A DNA stretch of 64,000 nucleotides from assembly GCA_023898465.1 (NCBI GenBank), contig CP060223.1:768001-832000 (forward strand), given 5' to 3'. The notes under the pieces are model-generated. The model saw only the letters and a program-made list of their open reading frames with translations. It was not told where the DNA came from and did no database searches. Shown here one piece after another: positions 9,051 to 18,983 of the stretch. This stretch comes from Candidatus Nomurabacteria bacterium (GTDB lineage: Bacteria > Patescibacteriota > Patescibacteriia > HK-STAS-PATE-3). The number at the start of each line of letters is the position of its first letter. Positions within the stretch are counted from its first letter, which is position 1. A program made the position numbers and the translations under genes.

Positions 9051-9124
9051 GCGCCCTGGAAGGAATTGAACCTCCGACATCTGGGTCCATAGCCCAGCGC
9101 TCTTCCGACTGAGCTACAGGGCAC
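9051..9124 (-). tRNA. tRNA-His-like (G-1:C73 present) with an AUG rather than GUG anticodon triplet
   Basis: 8-bp acceptor including G-1 paired to C73 (a His identity element), D-arm GCTCAGTCGGAAGAGC, anticodon arm CUGGG-CUAUGGA-CCCAG, T-loop GGTTCAATTCC. A34 is unusual and may be a variant or sequence error. Confidence 0.5.
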
Positions 9125-9133
9125 AACAAACGG

Positions 9134-9206
9134 TAGCGCAAGCAGGATTCAAACCTACGTTTCCACACAGAGAATGTGGCGACCTAAACCACTAGTCGAT
9201 TGCGCC
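9134..9206 (-). tRNA. tRNA, Glu/Gln-like (anticodon loop UUCUCUG, CUC?)
   Basis: Acceptor GGCGCAA/TTGCGCT, Glu-type D-arm GACTAGTGGTTTAGGTC, anticodon stem CCACA/TGTGG, T-loop GGTTTGAATCC; position 37 is not a purine, so the identity is tentative. Confidence 0.45.
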
Positions 9207-9311
9207 GGCAAATAGATTGCGACAGACCCTCTTCCGAGAGAGTGACGGCTCATCCTGCTATGAAAGAGGCCATCACAAAATGGTAAGCAATGTACTACAC
9301 CTGATCTAATG

Positions 9312-9386
9312 CGGCGCTGACAGGATTTGAACCTGCGAAACACTCGGCTGACCGCCGAGCTGCCTTAACCACTAGACTACAGCGCC
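9312..9386 (-). tRNA. tRNA, Asp-like (anticodon GUC; position 33 reads G)
   Basis: Acceptor GGCGCTG/CAGCGCC, anticodon arm CUCGG-CGGUCAG-CCGAG, T-loop GGTTCAAATCC. Confidence 0.5.
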
Positions 9387-9427
9387 AAAAAAAGAGCTGT
9401 CCGATGGTACCCCGGAAAATTACTTAT

Positions 9428-9464
9428 GTCAAGAAACCCCGCCTCATCATTTGACAAGGCGGGG
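9428..9464 (-). terminator. intrinsic terminator after the TonB-like gene
   Basis: Minus strand: CCCCGCCTTGTCAAATGATGAGGCGGGG followed by TTTCTT. Confidence 0.5.
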
Positions 9465-9470
9465 TAACTA

Positions 9471-10118
9471 TCAATTCAGCGAGAAACGGAAGGGAATGAC
9501 TGTCCAGACGGCCACCGCCCTATCACGCTGCTTCGCCGGACTAAAGAGCCACTGGAGTGCCGCAGCACATGCTGACTGATTCATCGACTCGAGCACCTCA
9601 CTCTGCACCACACTCGCTGCATCAACCGCACCGGTCTCGGTAATATGCACGCGCACCATCACCAAACCTTCCGCACCAGCCTGACGAGCCAAGTCAGGAT
9701 AGACCGGAGCTACCCGATGAATGACCTGTGGCGCTGTATCATAGGCCACAAAAGTCTCGGGTATTCCACTGTCCTGTCCGCTCATCACAATTGGCGGAGC
9801 AAAGGGATCGTAGGTCGTAGGAGCCAGCGTTTCTTCCAGACTGGCCATCTCGCTGATCTCAGCCTCAGCCGGCAAGTCAGGTCGCTGCACTTCTTGCGGC
9901 GGAGGTGGAACCACGAAGTCCTCCATGAACTCCACCGCGGTCATCACGCGCTCATGCAACTGATAAGGATGCGGGACATAGGGCGGCGAAAACCTGGCGA
10001 GCAAGAACAAGAGGGCAGTTGCTACCAGAAAACTCCAGCCTATGTCACGCCAGTAGTGCTGCTTCAGTAGGTAATGCTCTGAGGCACGGAAGCTTTCCAA
10101 TCCGATCACAAAGCACAC
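9471..10118 (-). CDS. TonB-family protein (N-terminal TM, Pro-rich linker, TonB C-terminal domain)
   Basis: TM WSFLVATALLFLLARF; linker PPPPQEVQRPDLP; C-terminus VYPDLARQAGAEGLVMVRVHITETGAV...SEVLESMNQSACAAALQWLFSPA matches the TonB_C fold pattern. Confidence 0.6.
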   Translation of the reverse strand: MCFVIGLESFRASEHYLLKQHYWRDIGWSFLVATALLFLLARFSPPYVPHPYQLHERVMTAVEFMEDFVVPPPPQEVQRPDLPAEAEISEMASLEETLAPTTYDPFAPPIVMSGQDSGIPETFVAYDTAPQVIHRVAPVYPDLARQAGAEGLVMVRVHITETGAVDAASVVQSEVLESMNQSACAAALQWLFSPAKQRDRAVAVWTVIPFRFSLN

Positions 10119-10441
10119 TCCTTCTCAACCCCGGGAGGTGTATGTAGCTGCAAAGAACTGACCAGAGCTAGGGAGGCTGATGCACAGCTGCCATGCATCC
10201 GATACAGTTATCTCTAGTGTACCCTATTCGGGAATAAAGAAAAAACTCGGCCACACAGCGTCGCCGGCAAGTGGAAAGCAATAGCTGATAAACAGTACTA
10301 CCTTCACTTGAAGCTACTTGGTTTGCATAGGAGGGGTCGCATTCCGTTCGCAACTTACCGACGACGCCATACTGCCGAGCATAGCGAAGCCACTTTCACT
10401 ACCATGAACGTAACGGGAAAAAATAGCATGCATTTCCCACT

Positions 10442-13400
10442 TTGTCAAGGGTGAAAGGAGAAGATATTGCGCATTTTTACTATTCGCGCTATACTAGATT
10501 TGCACTGCACAGTTGTTGCACATGCCTTTGTCTATTTCTTGGTGAGTACGTCGCTTTGACCCCTCCATCTCGACAAGCCCCGGATATTTCCGGGCGTATT
10601 TCGCAGGAGAGCCATATTGAGCTCTCTGGACTTACGAATAATTCAGCCAAAGCCTGGCTCATACTCCATATGCTCCCGAAAATAAAGGAGCATGGGACGC
10701 TTTTGTGGTTGGTGCGAAATGTTCGAGAAGCTGAAGAACTCTTTCATCAACTGCGCTTCTGGTCCGACACACTCAAGGTGCCGGTGAAGCTGACCGACCT
10801 CCAGCCAAATAACTTGGCTGCCCTGCAAGCAATGCGTAATACTGAGCCAGGAATTACCGTTGCCGCTATTCCCCTCCTTCACGAACCATTTCCCTCACCG
10901 ACTATTTTTGAACGAGCCACTCGTAATTTTGTTGTCGGACAAGAATGTGAATTAGTCCCCCTCCTCTCTCACCTTGCTTCAATCGGATATGAAAGTGATG
11001 CCCAGGCTTCAACGCCCGGTACTTTTGCGCGTCGAGGAGGCATTATTGATATCTATGCTCCGCATTGGGAACAGCCCTACCGGATTGAATTAGAGGGAAG
11101 CGCCATTTCTTCGATTCGCCCCCTGAATAGTAAAACAAAGCGCCTCGGCGCAGAGGTGACGAACGTAAAAGTGCTCCCCATCGAACTAAAAAATACAGCG
11201 ATGAGCGCTACAATTTTTGACTATCTTTCACGCGCACACACGCTCGTAGTCATGTCCGACCCTGAGGGTTTGGCTGAATTAGACCACGATTGGAAAACCA
11301 TAGAAGAACGATTTAAATCATTTCATCAACTTAGCTTCCATACCTTTGGCACGCGGGGCTCAGTCAATTTCGATTTCCAGTCGCCCAAACTTTATCACGG
11401 CTTACTCGATCAGCTAGGCCAAGACCTCAAAGCATGGAAGACTGAAAAATACGACGTCACTTTCATTACCACAAAAGCGAGTGAACTAAAAAAATACTGC
11501 ACGGCCAAGAAGCTCCCTCTACCAAACTTTCTTACTCCACCACCCGGCTATCGTATCTACGGCTGGATGAGTAAAGATGAAGGGAGAGTTGTCCTGACTG
11601 ACAACGATATTTACGGTGAAGAAAAAGATGAGGCGCCGAGCTCTGACTATTCGCGAGTGAGCGCATCAGCCTTTGTGGCCGAATTACGCCCGGGCGACTT
11701 TGTCGTGCACATGGATCATGGTATTGGACGCTTCACTGGCATGACGACGAATAAGATCGATGGCATTGCGAAAGAATATTTTGTACTCGAGTATGCCGAG
11801 GGCGACAAGCTCTTTGTGCCCGTCGATGCTGCAGAAAAAATTTCCAAATACTTCGGCTTAGCGCAACCAAAACTCCACCGCCTCTCTGGCAGCAACTGGT
11901 ATCAAGTTACTCACAAAATTCGCGAGGAAGCTTCAAAGATTGCTCAAGAACTTCTGCGGCTCTATGCTAAACGCGATACTACCGCCGCCGCTGCTTTTGT
12001 GCAGGACACCGCAGAAGAAAAAGCACTGGCTGAATCTTTCCCCTACGAATTAACTCCTGATCAAGCTCGGGTGATTAAAGAAGTAAGCGCCGACATGGAA
12101 AAAACGACTCCAATGGATCGACTGGTTTGCGGAGACGTGGGTTTTGGTAAAACTGAAGTGGCAGTCCGAGCAGCTATGCGGGCTGTCATGAACGGGAAGC
12201 AGGTAGCTGTGCTATCACCTACGACTATTCTGACCCAGCAGCACTTCGACACCTTCCGCAATCGTCTAGAGCACTTTAATGTTAAGGTGGAGCTTCTTTC
12301 ACGATTCCGATCAGAGAGCGAACAGGATCGCGTCATTCAAAAACTGCACACTCGGGACGTCGACATCATTATTGGCACCCATCGCCTCTTATCAGATGAT
12401 ATTAAATTCCGTGATCTCGGCCTCATTATTATTGATGAAGAACAGCGCTTTGGTGTAGCGCATAAGGAAAAACTTAAGGAACTACGAACTCAAGCGCATA
12501 TTCTCACCCTGTCCGCTACTCCAATCCCTCGTACACTCAACTTTGCCCTTTCTGGCTTACGCGACATCAGCGTTATTGAAACGCCGCCAGAGGGTCGCCT
12601 GCCAATTGAGACGCTTGTGAAGCCCTACGATGATAAGCTGGTCAAAGAGGCTATTATGCGCGAGCTCGATCGAGGAGGTCAGGCCTATTACCTCTATAAT
12701 AATGTCGAGACTATTGAGCTAGCAGCCAAACGCCTTGGTCGATTAATCCCGAAAGCCAAGATTGGCATCGCCCACGGTCAAATGGCAGAGGACGTGCTTT
12801 CAAAAGCCATGTCTGAATTTGATAATAAGAAGACAAACATTCTTGTTTGCTCAACGATTATTGAAAGTGGTCTAGACCTACCAAATGTGAACACCTTGAT
12901 TGTTGATAATGCACCGAAGTTCGGACTAGCGCAGCTCTACCAGCTCCGTGGTCGAGTCGGCCGTAGCAAGCGACAAGCCTATGCGTATTTCCTCTATCAT
13001 GCGGAGAAGTTAAATGATGCAGCTCGCAAACGCCTGCAGGCTCTACTAGAAGCAAAAGAGCTTGGCTCTGGTTTCCAAATTGCCTTACGTGACTTGGAAA
13101 TTCGTGGTACTGGAAATCTCCTGGGTCGCGAACAGCACGGTAAGGTTGCGGCTATCGGATTAGCCCTCTATACCCGACTACTCTCGCAAGCTATAGAAGA
13201 ACAAAAGAGTGGTGTTACCCAAAAGCCACTCCGTGAAGTGCAAATTGATCTGCCAGTGGAGATTGGCATTCCAAAACAGCTTGTGCCAAGCGAGCCAAAG
13301 CGCTTAAAACTCTATCAACAGCTAGCCGGATTAACGACTGAGAAAGATTTAGACCTATTCATGCAAAAAGAATTCCGCGGAGTAGACCTGCCTGACCCAC

Positions 13401-13717
13401 TGCAAAATCTTTACGAGGTGCTACGGATTAAAATTCGCGCCCAACACACTGACCTGACCCACTGCACCGCCTCGAAGCTCTCAGTCGACGGTACACCACG
13501 TGAACGCATCATCCTCAAATTTGCAAGTAAGGTTTCTGGCGACACGATGAGGTTATTAGAAAGCATTGTGCCAGGCTGGAACTTCATGGGCGACCAAGCA
13601 AAGATCGATAAGAGCGCTCTGGGTGCAAAGTGGCTCCATACCTTGCAACGCATTGTAGAAAAACTGCGACTGCCTGATGAAGCGCCAGCGCCGGTAGCAG
13701 ATCATAGTCAAAAGTAA
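10442..13717 (+). CDS. mfd: transcription-repair coupling factor
   Basis: Helicase motifs DRLVCGDVGFGKTEVAVRAAMRAV, DEEQRFGV, TLSATPIPRTL, C-terminal TRCF domain; about 1090 aa. The true start may lie downstream of the annotated ATG. Confidence 0.9.
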   Translation: MSRVKGEDIAHFYYSRYTRFALHSCCTCLCLFLGEYVALTPPSRQAPDISGRISQESHIELSGLTNNSAKAWLILHMLPKIKEHGTLLWLVRNVREAEELFHQLRFWSDTLKVPVKLTDLQPNNLAALQAMRNTEPGITVAAIPLLHEPFPSPTIFERATRNFVVGQECELVPLLSHLASIGYESDAQASTPGTFARRGGIIDIYAPHWEQPYRIELEGSAISSIRPLNSKTKRLGAEVTNVKVLPIELKNTAMSATIFDYLSRAHTLVVMSDPEGLAELDHDWKTIEERFKSFHQLSFHTFGTRGSVNFDFQSPKLYHGLLDQLGQDLKAWKTEKYDVTFITTKASELKKYCTAKKLPLPNFLTPPPGYRIYGWMSKDEGRVVLTDNDIYGEEKDEAPSSDYSRVSASAFVAELRPGDFVVHMDHGIGRFTGMTTNKIDGIAKEYFVLEYAEGDKLFVPVDAAEKISKYFGLAQPKLHRLSGSNWYQVTHKIREEASKIAQELLRLYAKRDTTAAAAFVQDTAEEKALAESFPYELTPDQARVIKEVSADMEKTTPMDRLVCGDVGFGKTEVAVRAAMRAVMNGKQVAVLSPTTILTQQHFDTFRNRLEHFNVKVELLSRFRSESEQDRVIQKLHTRDVDIIIGTHRLLSDDIKFRDLGLIIIDEEQRFGVAHKEKLKELRTQAHILTLSATPIPRTLNFALSGLRDISVIETPPEGRLPIETLVKPYDDKLVKEAIMRELDRGGQAYYLYNNVETIELAAKRLGRLIPKAKIGIAHGQMAEDVLSKAMSEFDNKKTNILVCSTIIESGLDLPNVNTLIVDNAPKFGLAQLYQLRGRVGRSKRQAYAYFLYHAEKLNDAARKRLQALLEAKELGSGFQIALRDLEIRGTGNLLGREQHGKVAAIGLALYTRLLSQAIEEQKSGVTQKPLREVQIDLPVEIGIPKQLVPSEPKRLKLYQQLAGLTTEKDLDLFMQKEFRGVDLPDPLQNLYEVLRIKIRAQHTDLTHCTASKLSVDGTPRERIILKFASKVSGDTMRLLESIVPGWNFMGDQAKIDKSALGAKWLHTLQRIVEKLRLPDEAPAPVADHSQK

Positions 13718-13795
13718 TTTCAATAAAACGAAAAACACGATATACTTCTCCATGAGAGGAGTTATTTCGATTTTAAGGAAGTTGCAAGGGGGAAA

Positions 13796-15211
13796 ATGAA
13801 AACATATCCAAAGCTCACTACAAAAATATTGCCACCGGCGCCACCTTTGCGAAAAGCGCTCGGTGTTGGCGTTGTCGTAATGGGTCTGGCCATCGGCACG
13901 GGCGAGCTCATCCTCTGGCCGCATCTCGTTACCAAGTACGGCTTACATTTACTATGGATGGCCCTGCTCGGCATTAGCTTCCAGTATTTTATTAACCAAG
14001 AAGTTGCCCGGCATGCCCTAGCTACCGGAGAAGGTTTTTTCTTATCCTCTGCTCGTGTTTTGAAATGGACGGTATGGTTTTGGTTAGCCTCAGCCATACT
14101 CCTCTACATATGGCCGGGCTGGGCCAGCGCTATCGGCACTATGCTGGCTGAACTTTTTGGCTTCGGGGGCCATCTCGCCTGGTCATGGATCGCACTTGGC
14201 TTTGTCCTTGTGCTCACCTTTAGCGGGCGAGCTGCCTACACCATGCTAGAGCGATCACTCAAGATTACTGTGCCAAGCTTTTTTATTTTACTCGTTGTCA
14301 TCAGCGTCATTAATCTCAGCGGAAAAGATTTAGCTGATGGCCTGGTTGGCTTATTAAGCTTTGGTAAAATGTCCAGTGGCGTGGATACGAATGTCCTCTT
14401 AAGCGCTGTCGTATTTGCCGGCGCTGGTGGCATGTTAAACTTGGCCGTCTCGCTCTGGTATCGCGATAAGCAGTTTGGCATGGCAAAATATGGCGGCCGC
14501 ATAGAAAACCCAGTCACAGGTAAAACAGAGGCTGTCGCCGCAGCTGGACATACTTTTGCCATGAATAAAACCAACTTAAAGCGTTGGGAGGATTGGATGC
14601 GCTTTGTCAGAGTTGACCAAGGAGTTATCTTCTGGCTGCTGGGACTCATTACACTCTTCCTACTGAGCCTCAATGCCTACGTCGTACTTAAACCCCAGGG
14701 CATTATACCCGAGGGCTTGGACGTCGCTATTGCGCAAGCCAACATCTTTGGTGAGAAATGGGGCGCCTTTGGCTATAACCTCTTTCTCGTCATGGCAACC
14801 CTGATGCTCTTCTCAGTCATGTGGACGGTCATTGACGCATTAACTCGCATGGTCAGTACTATCCTGTACGAAAATGCCCACATCGGACCCTATCAACAGA
14901 AGCTCCAATGGTTAAAAAAAGTTTCCCTCAGCAAATTTTATTACACAACCATCGTCCTCGTTGTTATTTCCGGCGCAGCCTTGTTACCGCTTGAACAGCC
15001 TCTGACTTTGCTTGTTATCTCCGCGGTCCTTGGAGGACTCACCATGGCAGTGTATACGCCACTCCTTATCTATTTGAATAACGCCCGACTGCCAAAGGCG
15101 CTCCGACCGAGCTGGCCAACCAATGTGGTTATGGTAGGCATCTCCGCCTTCTTTATCTACTTTGCTATTCGCGTCATCATCGAGCAGTTTCACGTATTGA
15201 CCGGGCTATAG
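13796..15211 (+). CDS. Nramp-like polytopic membrane transporter (canonical DPGN/MPH motifs absent)
   Basis: About 11 TM helices; TM1 region GLAIGTGELILWPHLVTKYGLHLLWMALL...TGEGFF parallels the Nramp TM1-TM2 architecture but without DPGN. Confidence 0.35.
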   Translation: MKTYPKLTTKILPPAPPLRKALGVGVVVMGLAIGTGELILWPHLVTKYGLHLLWMALLGISFQYFINQEVARHALATGEGFFLSSARVLKWTVWFWLASAILLYIWPGWASAIGTMLAELFGFGGHLAWSWIALGFVLVLTFSGRAAYTMLERSLKITVPSFFILLVVISVINLSGKDLADGLVGLLSFGKMSSGVDTNVLLSAVVFAGAGGMLNLAVSLWYRDKQFGMAKYGGRIENPVTGKTEAVAAAGHTFAMNKTNLKRWEDWMRFVRVDQGVIFWLLGLITLFLLSLNAYVVLKPQGIIPEGLDVAIAQANIFGEKWGAFGYNLFLVMATLMLFSVMWTVIDALTRMVSTILYENAHIGPYQQKLQWLKKVSLSKFYYTTIVLVVISGAALLPLEQPLTLLVISAVLGGLTMAVYTPLLIYLNNARLPKALRPSWPTNVVMVGISAFFIYFAIRVIIEQFHVLTGL

Positions 15212-15277
15212 GCTTTTGATAGGATTTGCGTAGTGGCGATCAATCTGGAGCGCCACATCTTTGTTATGTGGCACATA

Positions 15278-16380
15278 CTATGCCACCTCATTTTTCAATT
15301 GAAGAAAAAAGCTACTGGATCGCCTGGTCGCACATAGGCAATGTCGGGCCCCACACTGCCCAGGCTTTACGTACCCATTTTGGCAATCTACAAAAGGCCT
15401 GGCAGGCCCCAGACGATGCGCTCGCCCAATTAGGTATCAGCCCTAAAGCACTTCGTTATCTCCTCAAACGCCGTCGAGAAATAGATGTTGAGCACTGCGT
15501 GAGAAACTTAGCAAGATTTGATATCCAAGCACTTTGTATACCTGAGCCAGATTATCCTGAGCTCCTACGACAAAGCCCCGGCGCACCCTATGTCTTGTAT
15601 GTGAAAGGCAAATTGGCAATGTTACCGAGTATTGCCATCGTTGGCACGCGTACTATGTCACGCTATGGGAAAATAGTCACCCAGGACTTTAGTCGCCGAT
15701 TGGCCAGCGCCGGATGCAGTATTGTGTCGGGTCTTGCCCTCGGGGTAGATGCCTGCGCCCATCAAGCCGCCTATGAGGCAAATGGACATACAGTAGCTGT
15801 TTTTGGATCAGGCCTTGATGGAATATATCCCAGCGCAAATTTTCATCTTGCTGAGCAAATCCTGGCGCATGGAGGAGCTTGGATTTCAGAATTTCCACCT
15901 GGCACCCTAGTACAGGCCAGGAACTTTCCTCAACGAAACCGTATTATCGCCGGCTTAAGCCTAGCAACTATTGTCATAGAGGCTGGCGAAAAATCAGGCG
16001 CACTTATCACAGCCCGAGCTGCCCTCGAAGCAAACCGGGAGGTGTTTGCTGTACCAGGGCAAATTACCAGCCCTCAATCACTCGGGACAAATAGACTTAT
16101 TCAAGAAGGGGCGACGCCTCTTTTACAAGCTGCGGAAATTCTACAAAACCTCCAGTTGAAACCACTTTCCTCTCCAGCAAATTCGCCTCTCCCGCCTGTT
16201 AATCTGAGCTCAGAAGAGGCGGATATATTAGCCTGTTTCCAGAGTGAAGCACTGCATTTGGACCAGCTCATCGAGCGAAGTAAAATGCCTAGCCAGCGAG
16301 TATTACAGCTCTGTGCTCAGCTCGAATTAAAAGGCTGCATTAGAGCAGTTGATGGCGGTCAATACCTACTCCAGCGATGA
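15278..16380 (+). CDS. dprA: DNA-processing protein DprA (Smf)
   Basis: Rossmann core IAIVGTRTMSRYG...SGLALGVDACAHQAAYEANGHTVAVFGSGLDGIYP...NFPQRNRIIAGLS..EAGEKSGALITARAALEANREVFAVPG. Start taken at the ATG at 15278; the ORF is open from 15226. Confidence 0.85.
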
Positions 16381-16457
16381 AATTTTCTTGACCAGGACTT
16401 GACGAGATGCCACGCAAGCTGGTACAAGACCAGTTGTACTTTAAGTAAAGTGAACTC

Positions 16458-18944
16458 ATGGCCAAGCAACTTATCATTGTTGAGTCGCCGACCAAGGCAA
16501 AAACTATTGCCAGATTCCTCGGCAAAGATTACACCATCCGATCATCGAACGGACATGTTCGTGACTTACCGAAAAGCACTCTCGGTGTTGATGTCGATGA
16601 TGATTTTTCTCCCAGCTACGTCATTCCAACCAAAAGCAAGAAGCAAGTTGCTGAACTGAAGAAACTAGCTAAAGAGGCTGATGTCATCTATTTCGCAACT
16701 GATGAAGATCGCGAAGGTGAAGCTATCTCTTGGCATTTGGCTCAGCTACTCAAGCCAACAAAAGCTGAACTTAAGCGCATTACATTCCACGAAATTACCA
16801 AAGAGGCAATTGAAGCAGCCCTACAAAACCCTCGCACAATTGATGAAAACTTAGTTGATGCCCAGCAAGCCCGTCGCGTTTTAGACCGACTGGTGGGCTA
16901 TGAATTATCCCCTCTGCTTTGGAAAAAAATCGCCTACGGGCTGTCAGCCGGCCGAGTCCAATCCGTCGCGGTTGATTTAATTGTGCAACGTGAATTAGAG
17001 CGCATGCGTTTTGTTTCTGGTGCCTATTGGGATCTGCAAGCTCGGCTACAAAAAGACCAACAGAATTTCGATGCCAAACTGACCGCGCTTGATGGGCAAC
17101 GCATCGCGAATGGTAAAGACTTCTCTGAACAAACAGGGAAGCTCAAAGAAAAAAGTGACGCCATCTTAATTGACGCGAAACGAGCCAAAGAGCTCCAGGG
17201 CGATCTACAAGATGCTGAATGGAAAGTAAGTGATGTACAAGAAAAACCTCAGCAAGCTCATCCAGCCCCTCCTTTTATTACATCGAGTCTGCAGCAAGAA
17301 GCCAACCGTAAGCTGGGTCTGTCTTCACGGGACACTATGCGAATCGCTCAGCGTCTCTATGAAGAGGGTTTAATCACCTACATGCGTACCGACTCTCCTA
17401 ACCTCTCGCAGCAAGGTATTGCCGGTGCACGTGAGGCTGTTGAGCAAGGTTTTGGCAAAGAATTTCTCTCAGCCGCTCCACGTCAGTACAAGGCGAAAAG
17501 TCGCGGCGCCCAAGAAGCTCATGAAGCAATCCGGCCAGCCGGTGCACATTTCCGCTCACCTGATGCAGCAGGCTTAAGTGGTCGAGAAAAAGACCTCTAC
17601 GCCCTGATCTGGAAACGCACCTTAGCCACCCAGATGGCTGAAGCTAAGAAGCTTATCATGACTGTGAAGATTCAAGCCAAGCAGGCTGAATTCACGGCAA
17701 CAGGGACAACTATCCTCTTCCCTGGATTCTTAAAAGTATATGCCGACGGCGCAAAAGCAGATATTTTGCAGGACACCCTTTTGCCAAAGCTGAGCGTTGG
17801 CGATATTGCGAGCTTAGAAGAGTTAACACCTGAAGAGCATACTACCAAGCCACCGGCCCGTTTCAATGATGCGACCTTGGTAAAAACCTTAGAGCAAAAT
17901 GGCGTCGGCCGCCCTTCCACCTATGCTTCTATCATCAGTACTATTATTGACCGTAACTACGTCAGAAGGATTGGCAACGCCCTAGCTCCTACCTTTACCG
18001 CTTTTGCTGTTACCCAACTCCTCACCAAGCATTTCGCCCACCTGGTCGATACCAACTTCACTTCCAAAATGGAAGAGGAACTCGATCAAATCGCCGAGGG
18101 GAAACTTTCCTGGAAGCCTTATATTAAAAATTTCTACTCAGGTGAGGAGCATTTTCATCAACAGGTTGAAGAACAAGAGGATAAGATTGATCCAAATAAA
18201 TCTCGCAGTTTTACCCTGCCTCATCTCCCAAATGTAGAAATCCGCGTGGGACGTTATGGTCCCTATATTGTCAGTGAGAGTGGTAATGGCGATGATGATA
18301 CTCATGCGTCTATCCCAGAAGATCTGGCTCCAGCTGACTTAAGCGAAGAGCAAGTTCAGGAATTACTTGAGGTGCAGAAGAATGGACCAAAGCCAATGGG
18401 GCAGTACCCGGAAACTGGTGAACCAATCTACGTGTTAACTGGCCGATTCGGTCCCTATCTCCAGGTCGGTGAAAAAACTGATGAAAATCCAAAGCCTCGT
18501 CGCGCCTCTATTCCGCGAGGAGTGAATCCGAACGAGTTAAGCATGGAAGACGCCCTAAAATATCTCAGCCTACCTCGGACGCTTGGCGCTCATCCTGAAA
18601 GTGGTAAGGATGTCGTTGCTAATGTAGGCCGATTTGGCCCCTATATTGTCCATGACGGCGATTTTCGCTCCCTGACTAAGGATGATGACGTTTATACGGT
18701 CAGCTTAGCTCGAGCGCTTGAATTACTGGCTCAGGAGAAAAAAGGACGACGAGGTGCCAAGGAGCTTAAAAAACTTGGAGAACATCCAAAAGATAAAAAG
18801 CCTGTCACTTTGCTCGAAGGTCGCTACGGCCCATACCTCAAGCATGGCCGGACAAATGCTTCATTGCCAAAAGACATAAAAGTAGAAGAGCTCACTCTGG
18901 AAAAAGCTGTCGAGATTCTCGCTGAAAAGAAAAAGAAGAAGTAG
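16458..18944 (+). CDS. topA: DNA topoisomerase I with C-terminal GRFGPY repeat domains (no Zn ribbons)
   Basis: Toprim N-terminus MAKQLIIVESPTKAKTIARFLG; active-site region; four C-terminal repeats VGRYGPYIV / TGRFGPYLQ / VGRFGPYIV / EGRYGPYLK; Lys-rich tail. Confidence 0.9.
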   Translation: MAKQLIIVESPTKAKTIARFLGKDYTIRSSNGHVRDLPKSTLGVDVDDDFSPSYVIPTKSKKQVAELKKLAKEADVIYFATDEDREGEAISWHLAQLLKPTKAELKRITFHEITKEAIEAALQNPRTIDENLVDAQQARRVLDRLVGYELSPLLWKKIAYGLSAGRVQSVAVDLIVQRELERMRFVSGAYWDLQARLQKDQQNFDAKLTALDGQRIANGKDFSEQTGKLKEKSDAILIDAKRAKELQGDLQDAEWKVSDVQEKPQQAHPAPPFITSSLQQEANRKLGLSSRDTMRIAQRLYEEGLITYMRTDSPNLSQQGIAGAREAVEQGFGKEFLSAAPRQYKAKSRGAQEAHEAIRPAGAHFRSPDAAGLSGREKDLYALIWKRTLATQMAEAKKLIMTVKIQAKQAEFTATGTTILFPGFLKVYADGAKADILQDTLLPKLSVGDIASLEELTPEEHTTKPPARFNDATLVKTLEQNGVGRPSTYASIISTIIDRNYVRRIGNALAPTFTAFAVTQLLTKHFAHLVDTNFTSKMEEELDQIAEGKLSWKPYIKNFYSGEEHFHQQVEEQEDKIDPNKSRSFTLPHLPNVEIRVGRYGPYIVSESGNGDDDTHASIPEDLAPADLSEEQVQELLEVQKNGPKPMGQYPETGEPIYVLTGRFGPYLQVGEKTDENPKPRRASIPRGVNPNELSMEDALKYLSLPRTLGAHPESGKDVVANVGRFGPYIVHDGDFRSLTKDDDVYTVSLARALELLAQEKKGRRGAKELKKLGEHPKDKKPVTLLEGRYGPYLKHGRTNASLPKDIKVEELTLEKAVEILAEKKKKK

Positions 18945-18983
18945 CTATTCTCGGCTCCGACCTCCTCATGCTACTATGCCGGC

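Noticed and set aside
8352-9386. Possibility that TGA is recoded (UGA=Trp or Gly) because of the UCA-anticodon tRNA
   Set aside because: Conserved genes (der, dprA, the GDPD gene) terminate at TGA with full-length products, and standard-code ORFs give intact Mfd, UvrA and TopA. TGA is therefore a genuine stop, and the tRNA is more likely a misfold on my part, a suppressor or a pseudogene.
10643-13653. Antisense ORFs inside mfd (10643-10882, 12061-12336, 12858-13055, 13411-13653)
   Set aside because: They are fully embedded antisense to a strongly supported, conserved gene; their biased composition reflects the sense-strand codons.
13556-14673. ORFs 13556-13924(-), 13762-14097(-), 14236-14673(-)
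   Set aside because: They are antisense to the mfd 3' end and the Nramp-like transporter and lack any motif.
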